Shown here one piece after another: positions 1-9,994 of a stretch of 64,000 nucleotides of DNA; the stretch's first letter is position 1, and the number at the start of each line of letters is the position of its first letter. The notes under the pieces were generated by a model. It was not told the DNA's origin. It did not search any database and was given only the letters and a program-made list of their open reading frames with translations. Origin of the DNA: Paracoccaceae bacterium (lineage in GTDB: Bacteria; Pseudomonadota; Alphaproteobacteria; Rhodobacterales; Rhodobacteraceae); assembly GCA_024227475.1 (NCBI GenBank), contig JAAEUI010000235.1, positions 5,210-69,209 of the forward strand, given 5' to 3'. The position numbers and the translations under genes are program-made.

Positions 1-1
1 C

Positions 2-307
2 TTGGAGCAAAGCAATTCCACGAAGCCGGTTCATATAAAATTGCTTCGTTCAATTTTGTCTGATCATGAACTTTTGTTGATCTTTTATAACGCGCTCACA
101 CCAAGAGGTGAAAACTTCCGCACTTACATTGAAACGTTTGAGCTGTTTGACAATCTCCCTAGGTTCCAACTCCTTTCGAGCGATCATGCTATGCTCTACG
201 CTCCGAAGTGCTACGGATTGAAAAAAATACCGGACGGCAAGACCCTCGGGGAGATTGAAAAAGCAGGGATTTCGCATCTTCGAAAGCTGATGGAGCAAAC
301 CCCATGA
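2..307 (+). CDS. 3' part of putative phage abortive infection protein (putAbiC-like), truncated by window edge
   Basis: LLRSILSDHELLLIFYN...F..YIE.F.LFDNL resembles the RAQLSxxELxLLFYN motif of putAbiC; AT-richer than neighbours. Confidence 0.6.
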   Translation: MEQSNSTKPVHIKLLRSILSDHELLLIFYNALTPRGENFRTYIETFELFDNLPRFQLLSSDHAMLYAPKCYGLKKIPDGKTLGEIEKAGISHLRKLMEQTP

Positions 308-1695
308 TGCGTCTCGTCCGCCGTGGCCTGATGTTCGGCAACCTCTTCGAGGTGCGCCAGCCTGCGCTTGTCGAGCGTTACAACCGCGCCCTTGAACACC
401 TCACCGGCAAACGCACCGAGCTGACCGATTTCCACCTCGACATCTCCGGCTATTCCCCGGAAATCGGCGACGAGTTCGCCGACCCTCTGTACCTCAACCC
501 CAACGGCTGCAACCGGCAGTTCATTCTGCTCAGCACCGACCAGAAAACCGCGCCGCTTCTGAACGCGCAATTCTCTACGTCGCGCTCGATCCTGCGGCGC
601 TGGATTGAGGAGAACGAGCAGCAGCTGTTTGCCCTGACCGCGCGCGATGCGGTGGCAGGCGAACTGGTCAACTCGGTGTTCAGCGTCGAGGACCCGCGCG
701 ACCTCCTCTCGATCCGCGAAATCGAGGTTGAGGCCGACACCACCGAATCCCACGTCGAGGACAGCCGCGAGCTGCGGGGCAAGATCGAGCGCTTCATGAA
801 TGAGGATGATGCCTGGTGGGACGACGTGCTGACCGCCGAGATGATCGAACTGGGCAAACGCACCGGCGATATCACCCGCAATCCGGTGGTGTTCACCAAC
901 AACCGCTACACCCAGAACAATTTCTACACCGCCCATCACGGTGGCCTCTACATTTTCCGCGATTTGGATGAGACTGCAGTTGTATCGGCCCGCCAGCGCG
1001 ATGATGTGGCGGATTGGGATGTCGAATACGTGATGGATTTCACCCAACGCAATGACATCGCCACCTTTCTGGAGGCCAATGATCTGGTCGAGCCGATCAC
1101 CGGGGCCAAGCACCTTGACGTCACGGCAATCCTGCAACAGAAGCTCGATTTCATCGTTGTGGATACCGCTGCTGGTGAGGGTGAGGACTTCACCGATCTG
1201 ACCCGCCGCGATCTGCGTAATCTGGCGCGGCGGCATCTGAAATCCCTGCCCAAGGAATATCAGGGCCTGTATCAGCTCTGGCGCTGGTCATCAGGGCAGG
1301 GCAACTGGCCGCGCATCACCTCAGAACACCCGGCCTATTTCTACACCCTGCGCTCGGCCGATCACGCCGACAAGGATCTGGTGAATATGCTTCTGGCGGA
1401 ACTGGCCCCCTTGGATGTGCGCCAGTTGTTCATCTGCCACAAGAGCGCGTTTTATGACGCCTATCGCGGCTGGTCTGATGCGAAAAAGGAATTTGTCGCA
1501 GAGTTTCTGGCAAACGAGTATATGGTGGACAAGGCCGGTGCCCGCGAGGCGCTGTTTGGCCACGAACCGACGATGGCAGAGGAACCGGTGCGACGGCGCG
1601 GGCCGTGGGGCGAGCGCGATGATGATGATGACAATGACGACGACGATGATCTGATAGAACGCGTCGGCCCCTGGGGCGCGGTAAGGAGCGACTGA
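304..1695 (+). CDS. DUF6638-like conserved hypothetical protein
   Basis: GLMFGNL...LVERYNRAL...DISGYSPEI N-terminus; typical codon usage; ATGA overlap with upstream stop. Confidence 0.7.
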   Translation: MMRLVRRGLMFGNLFEVRQPALVERYNRALEHLTGKRTELTDFHLDISGYSPEIGDEFADPLYLNPNGCNRQFILLSTDQKTAPLLNAQFSTSRSILRRWIEENEQQLFALTARDAVAGELVNSVFSVEDPRDLLSIREIEVEADTTESHVEDSRELRGKIERFMNEDDAWWDDVLTAEMIELGKRTGDITRNPVVFTNNRYTQNNFYTAHHGGLYIFRDLDETAVVSARQRDDVADWDVEYVMDFTQRNDIATFLEANDLVEPITGAKHLDVTAILQQKLDFIVVDTAAGEGEDFTDLTRRDLRNLARRHLKSLPKEYQGLYQLWRWSSGQGNWPRITSEHPAYFYTLRSADHADKDLVNMLLAELAPLDVRQLFICHKSAFYDAYRGWSDAKKEFVAEFLANEYMVDKAGAREALFGHEPTMAEEPVRRRGPWGERDDDDDNDDDDDLIERVGPWGAVRSD

Positions 1696-1696
1696 G

Positions 1697-1963
1697 ATGT
1701 TTGGATGGGTGCGGCTGGGAGTTATCGGGCTGGTCTTGCTGACTGTGATTTATGTTTGCCTGTCGTGGTATTCAAAATCCATCCGGCGCGAAAAGCTGGA
1801 ACAGGAATTTGACGCCGGCGGCATTGACGGCGAGCGCGATACCTTCATCGCCGAGGGTTTAAAACAATACGACGGATCACTACGTAAGAAGCTGATCTGG
1901 GGGGTTTACGTGATCCCGGTGATCGCCGTTCTGATGGTGATTTATGTGACCAACTTTATGTAA
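1697..1963 (+). CDS. Small two-TM membrane protein
   Basis: Two hydrophobic helices; RBS AAGGAG; operonic position. Confidence 0.75.
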   Translation: MFGWVRLGVIGLVLLTVIYVCLSWYSKSIRREKLEQEFDAGGIDGERDTFIAEGLKQYDGSLRKKLIWGVYVIPVIAVLMVIYVTNFM

Positions 1964-1975
1964 AGGACGCAGCAA

Positions 1976-2638
1976 ATGCGGTACATCAAATGGATATTCT
2001 TGCTGCTGGTGGCGCTGCTGATCTTCGGGTTCTTCCACTATACCCTGCCGCATCGAGATATCGTCCGGGTGACCGGCACCGATATAATCCGGCAGGATTT
2101 CTCCGGCTGGAACCGGATTTTCTATGCCCAGGCCGACAGCGGAAATGTTGAAGGCGTGAACCGCGACCTGCGGCTGATCAATACCAGTTATCCCGATGGT
2201 GGCATCATGGTGTTCCGCAACGAGGACACCGGCTTTGGCTGGCCGTGGTATTTCAAGCTCGACAGTTCTAACCTTCAGGCTGAGGCGGCGGAACAGATAT
2301 CGACCCGTGATGCGCCGGACTGGGTGGCGGTGACGCATTACGGATGGCGCAATGAATTCCTGTCGATTTACCCCAACGCTGTGGGGGTCAAGGCTGTGTC
2401 GGGCCCCGACGTGCGCCTGATCCCCTGGGTGAACATCGTGATCTACACGCTGCTGGCGCTGCTGCTGCTCGGCTTTTACCGGCTGGTGCAGCGCTTCAAA
2501 CGGCGGCGGATTGATCCATTAGTCGAGAAGGTCGAGGAGAAATGGGACGCGGTTGAGGCGAAGGCTTCGGAAGCTGGCGAAAGTGCAGAGGCGGCAGGGA
2601 GCAAAGCCAAAGGCGTATTCCGCCGCTGGTTTGGGTAA
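1976..2638 (+). CDS. DUF1523 family membrane protein
   Basis: FHYTLP..DIVRVTGT, FRNEDTGFGWPWYFKLDS, HYGWR motifs. Confidence 0.8.
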   Translation: MRYIKWIFLLLVALLIFGFFHYTLPHRDIVRVTGTDIIRQDFSGWNRIFYAQADSGNVEGVNRDLRLINTSYPDGGIMVFRNEDTGFGWPWYFKLDSSNLQAEAAEQISTRDAPDWVAVTHYGWRNEFLSIYPNAVGVKAVSGPDVRLIPWVNIVIYTLLALLLLGFYRLVQRFKRRRIDPLVEKVEEKWDAVEAKASEAGESAEAAGSKAKGVFRRWFG

Positions 2639-2644
2639 ATTCAA

Positions 2645-3400
2645 GTGACAGATTATCTGTTCAACTGGCTGCCGTTTCTGGGCGCCGTCGGCGCTTTGCT
2701 GTTTGGCTGCTCCCTGCTCTGGATTGGCTCTTCCACCTATATCCGCTCCACGCGATTGAAACGGCACGGGTTGCCGGGTCTGGGGCGTGTTACCGAGCGC
2801 TACCGCGAACGCATCACCCGCCGGAACGGTGATCGGATCGGTCGCTCGACCCGGTATCGTAATCTGATCGATTTTGAATTCTCGGTTTCTGGCGCGCGTT
2901 ACGGAACCCAAAAGGCCAGACCGTCTCAGGCGGTTTGGGATGCAGCCGAGCCCGGAACGGATGTGGAGATCATTTTTCTGCCGGGCAACCCTAACAACAA
3001 TTGTCTGGCAGAGCACGGGCCAGGTGCCGGGCAGGCCGGGGGCACGGTGCAGATGACGATTGGCACACTTATAACTTCCGGCGCGGCGCTCTACCTGGTC
3101 CAGGGTTTTCTAGCGGCGATCTGGCCGACGGATGAATTTGAAGCGCAGGCCGACTGGGTGCGAGACCGGGGCGAAGTCTACGCTATCACAATAAGTGAAA
3201 ATCCCTTCGTGAGGATCGCGCGGCCCAATGCACGGCTGGTGAAATTCGCAATCGGCGATTCTGATGGTGGGCGGAACTATGTCGGCTACCTGGAAATGGT
3301 GCTGGCATCGGACGAGCATCCGGGGATCAAGGAAGGCGATATTTTGCCATTTTTGCGACACCCGGAAAACAAGTACCGGGCGGTTCTGATCCGACAGTAA
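2645..3400 (+). CDS. DUF3592-like membrane protein
   Basis: TM, GRVT, GTDVEIIFLPGNP, then TM; second related module at C-terminus; GTG start. Confidence 0.55.
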   Translation: MTDYLFNWLPFLGAVGALLFGCSLLWIGSSTYIRSTRLKRHGLPGLGRVTERYRERITRRNGDRIGRSTRYRNLIDFEFSVSGARYGTQKARPSQAVWDAAEPGTDVEIIFLPGNPNNNCLAEHGPGAGQAGGTVQMTIGTLITSGAALYLVQGFLAAIWPTDEFEAQADWVRDRGEVYAITISENPFVRIARPNARLVKFAIGDSDGGRNYVGYLEMVLASDEHPGIKEGDILPFLRHPENKYRAVLIRQ

Positions 3401-3491
3401 AGGCGCAATGCAGGAAGCCACTGGAAATTCAATTGGGTTTGAGGCACAACACCGCTGAAATTGTGATGACTGCCAAAAGATAGGCCCTGAC

Positions 3492-5333
3492 ATGATCCCA
3501 TACCGTTCCCGCACCTCCACCCATGGCCGCAACATGGCCGGTGCTCGTAGCCTGTGGCGTGCTACTGGCATGACCGACAGTGATTTTGGCAAGCCGATTA
3601 TTGCCGTGGTGAATTCGTTTACCCAGTTTGTGCCGGGGCATGTGCACCTGAAAGACCTGGGCCAACTGGTGGCGGGCGAGATTGAAAACGCCGGAGGCGT
3701 GGCCAAGGAATTCAATACCATCGCGGTGGACGACGGGATCGCCATGGGGCACGACGGGATGCTCTATTCGCTGCCGTCGCGCGAAGTGATCGCTGACAGC
3801 GTGGAATACATGGTCAACGCCCATTGTGCCGATGCGATGGTCTGTATCTCGAACTGTGACAAGATTACTCCGGGCATGCTGATGGCGGCGCTGCGGCTGG
3901 ATATTCCGGTGGTGTTTGTCTCCGGCGGGCCAATGGAGGCTGGCAAAGTTGATCTGGAAGGCGAGTCGCGCAAGGTCGATCTGATCGACGCGATGATCGA
4001 AGCGGCGAACCCGGAACGGACGGACACCGAAGTTCAGGCGTTCGAGGAAAACGCCTGCCCGACCTGCGGCTCATGTTCCGGTATGTTCACGGCCAATTCG
4101 ATGAACTGTCTGGCGGAGGCGCTTGGCCTGGCACAGCCGGCCAACGGCTCGATGCTGGCAACACACGCGGATCGCGAGCAATTGTTCCGGCAGGCCGGAG
4201 GCCGGATCGTGGCGTTGACCCGGGCCTACTATGAAGACGGCAACAAGGCGGTTTCGGCGCGCGGAATCGCCACCAAGGCTGCTTTAGAAAACGCCATGAC
4301 GCTGGATATTTCCATGGGTGGATCGACCAACACCATCCTGCACCTGCTGGCGATTGCCCGCGAGGGCGAAGTGGATTTCACCGTTGACGACATCGACCGG
4401 CTGAGCCGCACAACGCCCTGCCTGTGCAAGGTCGCGCCAGCTGTGCAGAACGTGCATATGGAAGATGTCCACCGGGCGGGCGGTATCTTCGGTATCTTGG
4501 GCGAGTTGGACCGGGCCGGGTTGCTAAATACTTCCGTTTCCACCATCCATTCCGCGACCATGGCTGAGGCGTTGAAGAAATGGGATGTGACCCAGACCAA
4601 CGACGCAAAAGTGCATGAACTGTTCCTGGCAGCACCGGGTGGCGTGCGCACGACGCAGGCGTTCTCGCAGTCACGCCGCTACAAAGAGCTTGACGTGGAC
4701 CGGGCAACGGGCGTGATCCGCTCGGCGGAAAATGCGTTTTCCACGGACGGTGGTCTGGCGGTTTTGTTTGGCAACATTGCCCAGGAAGGATGCGTGGTGA
4801 AAACCGCCGGGGTCGATGACAGCATCCTGAAATTCTCGGGGCCGGCGATTGTCTGTGAAAGTCAGGACGAAGCGGTAAACCGGATTCTGGGTAAAGAAGT
4901 GGGTGCCGGAGACGTTGTTATCATCCGCTACGAAGGCCCGCGTGGCGGGCCGGGAATGCAGGAGATGCTGTATCCGACCAGCTACCTCAAATCGATGAAG
5001 CTTGGCAAGGCCTGTGCGCTGATCACCGACGGACGGTTTTCCGGCGGTACTTCAGGCCTTTCTATCGGTCATGCCTCTCCAGAGGCCGCCGAGGGCGGCA
5101 GTATCGGGCTGATCGAGGAAGGCGATACCATCGAGATCGACATTCCGAACCGAACCATCAATGTGGCGTTGTCAGACGAGGAGCTGGCGGCCCGTCGTGC
5201 CGCGATGGAGGCCAGGGGTGAGGCGGCCTGGAAACCGGCCAAACCACGCAGGCGCAAAGTCAGCCGGGCGCTGAAAGCCTATGCCGCACTGGTTGGCAAT
5301 GCGTCACAAGGGGCGGTTCGCCTGGACCCGTAA
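3492..5333 (+). CDS. ilvD: Dihydroxy-acid dehydratase
   Basis: [49 protein letters not shown]. Confidence 0.98.
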   Translation: MIPYRSRTSTHGRNMAGARSLWRATGMTDSDFGKPIIAVVNSFTQFVPGHVHLKDLGQLVAGEIENAGGVAKEFNTIAVDDGIAMGHDGMLYSLPSREVIADSVEYMVNAHCADAMVCISNCDKITPGMLMAALRLDIPVVFVSGGPMEAGKVDLEGESRKVDLIDAMIEAANPERTDTEVQAFEENACPTCGSCSGMFTANSMNCLAEALGLAQPANGSMLATHADREQLFRQAGGRIVALTRAYYEDGNKAVSARGIATKAALENAMTLDISMGGSTNTILHLLAIAREGEVDFTVDDIDRLSRTTPCLCKVAPAVQNVHMEDVHRAGGIFGILGELDRAGLLNTSVSTIHSATMAEALKKWDVTQTNDAKVHELFLAAPGGVRTTQAFSQSRRYKELDVDRATGVIRSAENAFSTDGGLAVLFGNIAQEGCVVKTAGVDDSILKFSGPAIVCESQDEAVNRILGKEVGAGDVVIIRYEGPRGGPGMQEMLYPTSYLKSMKLGKACALITDGRFSGGTSGLSIGHASPEAAEGGSIGLIEEGDTIEIDIPNRTINVALSDEELAARRAAMEARGEAAWKPAKPRRRKVSRALKAYAALVGNASQGAVRLDP

Positions 5334-5485
5334 GGGCAACCCCAAAAAAGCTCCCAAATCGAACTGGGGTGTTTGTTCTACCCGCCATTTGGTGAAGCCC
5401 CTGAAAGAAGGGAGCGGGAAAGAATGCAGGTGGTAGATTTGGCGTGAATATGTTTTGGTTACGCTGTTTACGCAGGGGTGCCTTG

Positions 5486-6445
5486 ATGTCTCTCATACAA
5501 TTGCGAAAATCGTTTTATCAGAAATTGGAACCGGACGAAGGCGCTGATCGGCTGAGCCGTTTGGTTGACTTGTTTCTGATCTGCCTGATTGCGGTAAATG
5601 TCTTGGCTGTCATCCTGGAAACCGTCGATGCCTTGCAGGCAAGATACGAAACCCTGTTCGCCTATATTGAAATCACTTCTGTGGCCGTGTTCACGGTCGA
5701 ATATTTCGCGCGTATGTGGGTCTCGGTGGAAAGCAGTGAATTTCGCGACAGGAAGCACCCGCGGCTTGCCTACGCATTGTCACCAATGGCGTTGATTGAT
5801 CTGGTTGCAATCCTGCCATTCTACCTCGGTATTTTCTTTAGTATTGATCTGCGGTTCCTCAGGGTCTTGCGGTTGCTGAGGATTTTGAAACTGACGCGAT
5901 ATTCCTCGGCCATGTCCATGCTGCTTGAAGTGTTCCGGGAAGAGGCGAATGCATTTTTTGCCGGGTTCTTTATTTTGATTGTCCTTTTGATCCTTGCCGG
6001 TAGCGGTGCATATCTGGCGGAGCATCAGGTGCAGCCTGACAAGTTTGGCTCGATCCCGGCGGCGATGTGGTGGGCTATGGCAACACTTACCACCGTAGGC
6101 TATGGCGATGTTACACCGGTAACACCCGCCGGGCAGTTGTTCGGATCACTGGTTGCGGTTGTGGGCATCGGTATGGCGGCATTGCCTGCAGGCATTTTGG
6201 CCAGCGGGCTGGCCGACCAACTACGCCGCAGAAGAGAGGAGATGACCCAACGATTTCGTACGGCGCTTGAGGACGGGATCATCGACGCTGAGGAAGAAGA
6301 TCAGCTGGAAGAGCTCAGGAAACAACTTGGCCTCAGCAAACGACTTGTTTTTGAAGTTCGCAAGCAAGTGCAAAGAGACAGGGAAGCAGAAAACGAGGCC
6401 ATCTGTCCGCATTGTGGCAAACAAATAAGGGCGTTTGGAAAGTAA
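5486..6445 (+). CDS. Voltage-gated-type potassium channel / ion transporter
   Basis: S4-like LRFLRVLRLLRILKL, TTVGYGD filter, C-terminal CPHC; ATG 5486 preferred over the track start at 5444. Confidence 0.92.
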   Translation: MSLIQLRKSFYQKLEPDEGADRLSRLVDLFLICLIAVNVLAVILETVDALQARYETLFAYIEITSVAVFTVEYFARMWVSVESSEFRDRKHPRLAYALSPMALIDLVAILPFYLGIFFSIDLRFLRVLRLLRILKLTRYSSAMSMLLEVFREEANAFFAGFFILIVLLILAGSGAYLAEHQVQPDKFGSIPAAMWWAMATLTTVGYGDVTPVTPAGQLFGSLVAVVGIGMAALPAGILASGLADQLRRRREEMTQRFRTALEDGIIDAEEEDQLEELRKQLGLSKRLVFEVRKQVQRDREAENEAICPHCGKQIRAFGK

Positions 6446-6545
6446 CTCCAAGGCGCGGCGTGTTGACAACTTAGTATAACATCTGAAATTCCAACATCAG
6501 GCGGTTCGCTGAAAAGCGCCAGACCAGACGGAAAAAAGGTGCTGA

Positions 6546-8210
6546 ATGACCAGCAAGACTAAAAATATCCTGTTCATCATGTACGACCAGCTGCGGTTTG
6601 ATTACCTCAGTTGTTACGGCCATCCTTATCTGCACACCCCAAATTTCGACCGTGTTGCGCAGATGGGCGTGCAGTTCACCCGCTGTTACGTGCAATCACC
6701 GATCTGCGGGCCTTCGCGGATGTCCACTTATACCGGGCGTTACTGCCATTCACATGGGGCGCAGCAGAATAACTATCCGCTGAAGGTAGGCGAGCAGACC
6801 ATGGGCGACCATCTTCGCAAGCTGGGAATGGGTTGCCATCTGATTGGTAAAACCCACATGCAGGCCGATGCCGAAGGCATGAAGCGGCTGGGCCTAAACC
6901 AGGACAGTATTATTGGGGTGCGCACTGCCGAATGCGGCTTTGATCCTTATGTGCGTGATGATGGATTATGGGCTGAGGGTCCGGACGGATATTATGACGA
7001 AAAGCGGTCCCCCTATAACGAATACCTGAAGGCAAAGGGTTATCCGTCGCACAATCCGTGGCACGATTTTGCCAATTCCGGGGTCGGTGATCAGGGCGAT
7101 ATCGCCAGCGGCTGGCTGATGATGCACGCGGATAAACCCGCCAACATTCGTGAAGAAGACAGCGAAACGCCCTGGCTGACCAACCGAACCATCGACTTTA
7201 TCGAGGAACAGGACCCGGACCAACCCTGGCTGGCACACGTGTCTTATATCAAGCCGCACTGGCCCTATATCGTTCCGGCCCCCTATCATAACATGTACGG
7301 CCCAAATCAGGTGTTGCCGGTGCGGCGCAGCGAGGCTGAACGCGTGGACGCGCATCCGGTGTTCGAGGGTTTCATGAACAACCCGGTCGGCAAGGCGTTT
7401 CAGCGTCAGGATGTGCGCGACACCGTACTCCCAGCCTATATGGGTCTGATCAAACAATGCGATGATCAGCTGGGGCGGCTGCTGGATTATCTCGAAAAAA
7501 ACGGACGCATGGATGAAACCATGATCGTGCTGACCTCTGATCACGGCGATTACCTGGGCGATCACTGGCTGGGCGAAAAGGATTTATTCCACGAACAATC
7601 CGCCAAAATACCTCTGATAATATATGATCCATCCGAGGCGGCGGATGCGACGCGTGGAACGGTTTGTGACGAACTGGTTGAGTCCATTGACCTGAGCGCG
7701 ACGTTTATTGACGCTGCCGGTGGTGAAGTGCCCGATCACATCGTCGAAGGCCGCTCACTGTTGCCGTTTCTGCATGGTGAAACCCCGGTCGACTGGCGCG
7801 AGTTTGCGATCAGCGAATATGACTATAGCGGTGCTCCTGTAGCTGCGAGACTGGGAATGGAACCGCGCGACGCCCGTTTGTTCATGGTGGCAACGAAACG
7901 CTGGAAATACATCCATGCCGAGGGCGGCTTGCGCCCGATGCTGTTTGACCTGGAAAACGACCCGGACGAGTTTACCGACTTGGCAAACGACCCGGATTAT
8001 GCACCGGTTCTGGATCAGATGTATGAGCATCTGGGCCGCTGGGCGCGGCGGATGTCGCAGCGTACAACCCTGTCGGATAAAGCCATCAAGCAGCGGGGAG
8101 GCAAGGCGCAGAGTGTCGGGATTCTAATCGGGGTCTACGATGAAGACGATGTCGAAGAAGGAACCCTGAAGAAAATCACCGGCAAAGCACCAACTATCCC
8201 ACCAGCGTAA
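6546..8210 (+). CDS. Sulfatase-family hydrolase (phosphonate monoester hydrolase-like)
   Basis: DQLR, CGPSR formylglycine motif, GKTH, PHWPY, SDHG. Confidence 0.9.
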   Translation: MTSKTKNILFIMYDQLRFDYLSCYGHPYLHTPNFDRVAQMGVQFTRCYVQSPICGPSRMSTYTGRYCHSHGAQQNNYPLKVGEQTMGDHLRKLGMGCHLIGKTHMQADAEGMKRLGLNQDSIIGVRTAECGFDPYVRDDGLWAEGPDGYYDEKRSPYNEYLKAKGYPSHNPWHDFANSGVGDQGDIASGWLMMHADKPANIREEDSETPWLTNRTIDFIEEQDPDQPWLAHVSYIKPHWPYIVPAPYHNMYGPNQVLPVRRSEAERVDAHPVFEGFMNNPVGKAFQRQDVRDTVLPAYMGLIKQCDDQLGRLLDYLEKNGRMDETMIVLTSDHGDYLGDHWLGEKDLFHEQSAKIPLIIYDPSEAADATRGTVCDELVESIDLSATFIDAAGGEVPDHIVEGRSLLPFLHGETPVDWREFAISEYDYSGAPVAARLGMEPRDARLFMVATKRWKYIHAEGGLRPMLFDLENDPDEFTDLANDPDYAPVLDQMYEHLGRWARRMSQRTTLSDKAIKQRGGKAQSVGILIGVYDEDDVEEGTLKKITGKAPTIPPA

Positions 8211-8419
8211 CACGCGAGCGTTTTGACGGGGTGTTGATTTCGAACAGATAGCGACCAACCGGCAGGCCCTGTTCCGAACCGAAAACGGGCGAATTTGATG
8301 CTGCCTTTGCCGTTTGTTTGCCCACCAGCTCTTCAAAGTCACCAGCTTCGGCTGGAGGTGGTTGGGCTGCTTGGGTGCCGGCCGAAGTACTTTGTCTTGG
8401 CGGCTGCAAAACTAGAACA

Positions 8420-9592
8420 CTACCGTGCGGGCATCCCCTGTTCGATCAGACCGGCCCAATAGGAACAACCCGCCGGGATCGCCTCGTCGTTGAAGTTGTA
8501 CTCCGGGTGGTGAACCATCGCGGTGTCGCCATTGCCGCACAGAATATAGGAACCGGGGCGGGCGTTCAGCATGAAGGCGAAATCTTCTCCGCCCATGACG
8601 GGTGATATGTTTTCCTGAACGTTTTGATCGCCGGCTATTGATTTAGCGACCTGTACAGCGAAATCCGTTTCGGCATCCGCATTGACCATCACCGGGTAAT
8701 TTCGTTCGTAGTTAACCTCAGCAGTGGCACCAAACGCTGCAGCTGTATTCTGTGCGATGCGCTTAATATGATCTTCGGCCAGATCCCTGACTTCCGGTTC
8801 AAGCGTGCGAACGGTGCCACGCAGGTGCACGTTTTCGGGGATGACGTTATAGGCGTTGCTTTCGGTTTCAAAGCTGGTGATCGAGACCACGACGCTTTTT
8901 AATGGATCAGCCGCGCGTGATGCAATGGACTGCAGGGCTACAACGATCTGAGCGCCAACAAGGGTAGTGTCAATTCCGTCGTGGGGTTTTGCTGCGTGTG
9001 AGCCTTTGCCCTTAATCCGGATATCCAGCAGATCGGCTGCCGCGAAAAACGGGCCAGGGCGTATCGCAAACTGCCCAACCGGCAGCCCCGGCCAGTTGTG
9101 CATGCCATAGACTTCCTGAATGCCGAACGCTTCCATCATACCGTCGTTAACCATTTCTCGCCCGCCACCGCCGCCTTCCTCCGCGGGCTGAAAAATAACA
9201 ACAGCGGTGCCGTCGAAATTACGAGTCTCTGCCAGATACTGCGCTGCCCCCAGCAGCATCGCGGTGTGCCCGTCATGGCCGCAAGCGTGCATTTTGCCGG
9301 GCGATTTGGAGGCATAGGGAAGGCCTGTCGCCTCGGGGATCGGCAGTGCATCCATATCGGCGCGCAGGCCAATAACCTTGCCCGAGTGGTTCTGTTTACC
9401 CTTGATCACACCAACCACGCCTGTCTGGCCGATGCCGGTTTTGACCTCATCACAGCCAAATTCCCGCAACTTGTCCGCTACAAGGGCGGATGTGCGATGG
9501 GTGTCAAACTGCAATTCCGGGTTTTCATGGATATCTCGTCGCCAGGCAGTGATGTCGGCGTGCAGTTCGGCAATTCGGTTGATGAGGGGCAT
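8420..9592 (-). CDS. M20 amidohydrolase (hippurate hydrolase-like)
   Basis: RRDIHENPEL, LRADMDALP, MHACGHDGH, FQPAEE, GGEDF. Confidence 0.93.
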   Translation of the reverse strand: MPLINRIAELHADITAWRRDIHENPELQFDTHRTSALVADKLREFGCDEVKTGIGQTGVVGVIKGKQNHSGKVIGLRADMDALPIPEATGLPYASKSPGKMHACGHDGHTAMLLGAAQYLAETRNFDGTAVVIFQPAEEGGGGGREMVNDGMMEAFGIQEVYGMHNWPGLPVGQFAIRPGPFFAAADLLDIRIKGKGSHAAKPHDGIDTTLVGAQIVVALQSIASRAADPLKSVVVSITSFETESNAYNVIPENVHLRGTVRTLEPEVRDLAEDHIKRIAQNTAAAFGATAEVNYERNYPVMVNADAETDFAVQVAKSIAGDQNVQENISPVMGGEDFAFMLNARPGSYILCGNGDTAMVHHPEYNFNDEAIPAGCSYWAGLIEQGMPAR

Positions 9593-9994
9593 AGGAGACT
9601 CCGGGGATCAGGGGTGAGAGGGTTTTGACAAATTCGAGTCCAGCGAGCGAGGGTGACTTTGCGTAAGTCTGAGAATTGGTTGATACCGGGTCAAGTGAAA
9701 AGCGTTTGGATAAGAAAGAGTTGAAACAGCTAGTGTGAGTCTGAACCAAACAGTAGAAATTCCGTGCATTTTTTATTTAACGGGGTAACCTCTTCCCATC
9801 AATCGCACGCAGGATTCGCCTTTTGGTGGAATGCCGTAACCGGAAAGGGGGCTTGAAAACGCAAGTTTAACTCAGTCACCCCGGCTCACACCGAGGCTTT
9901 CGCAGAGAGCCTCCAAGTGTCGGTACGGTATGCGTGGAAAGATCCGGCAAACGGGTCGAAATTGGTGATCAACAACAACACTAGGGAGAAAATT

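Noticed and set aside
211-1236. Long antisense ORFs here and at 20410, 25759, 32815, 36214 and 48240
   Set aside because: They overlap well-supported genes on the other strand, as expected in GC-rich DNA
8194-8409. 71-aa minus-strand ORF between the sulfatase and the amidohydrolase
   Set aside because: TTG start, no recognisable motif, overlaps the sulfatase end; unsupported
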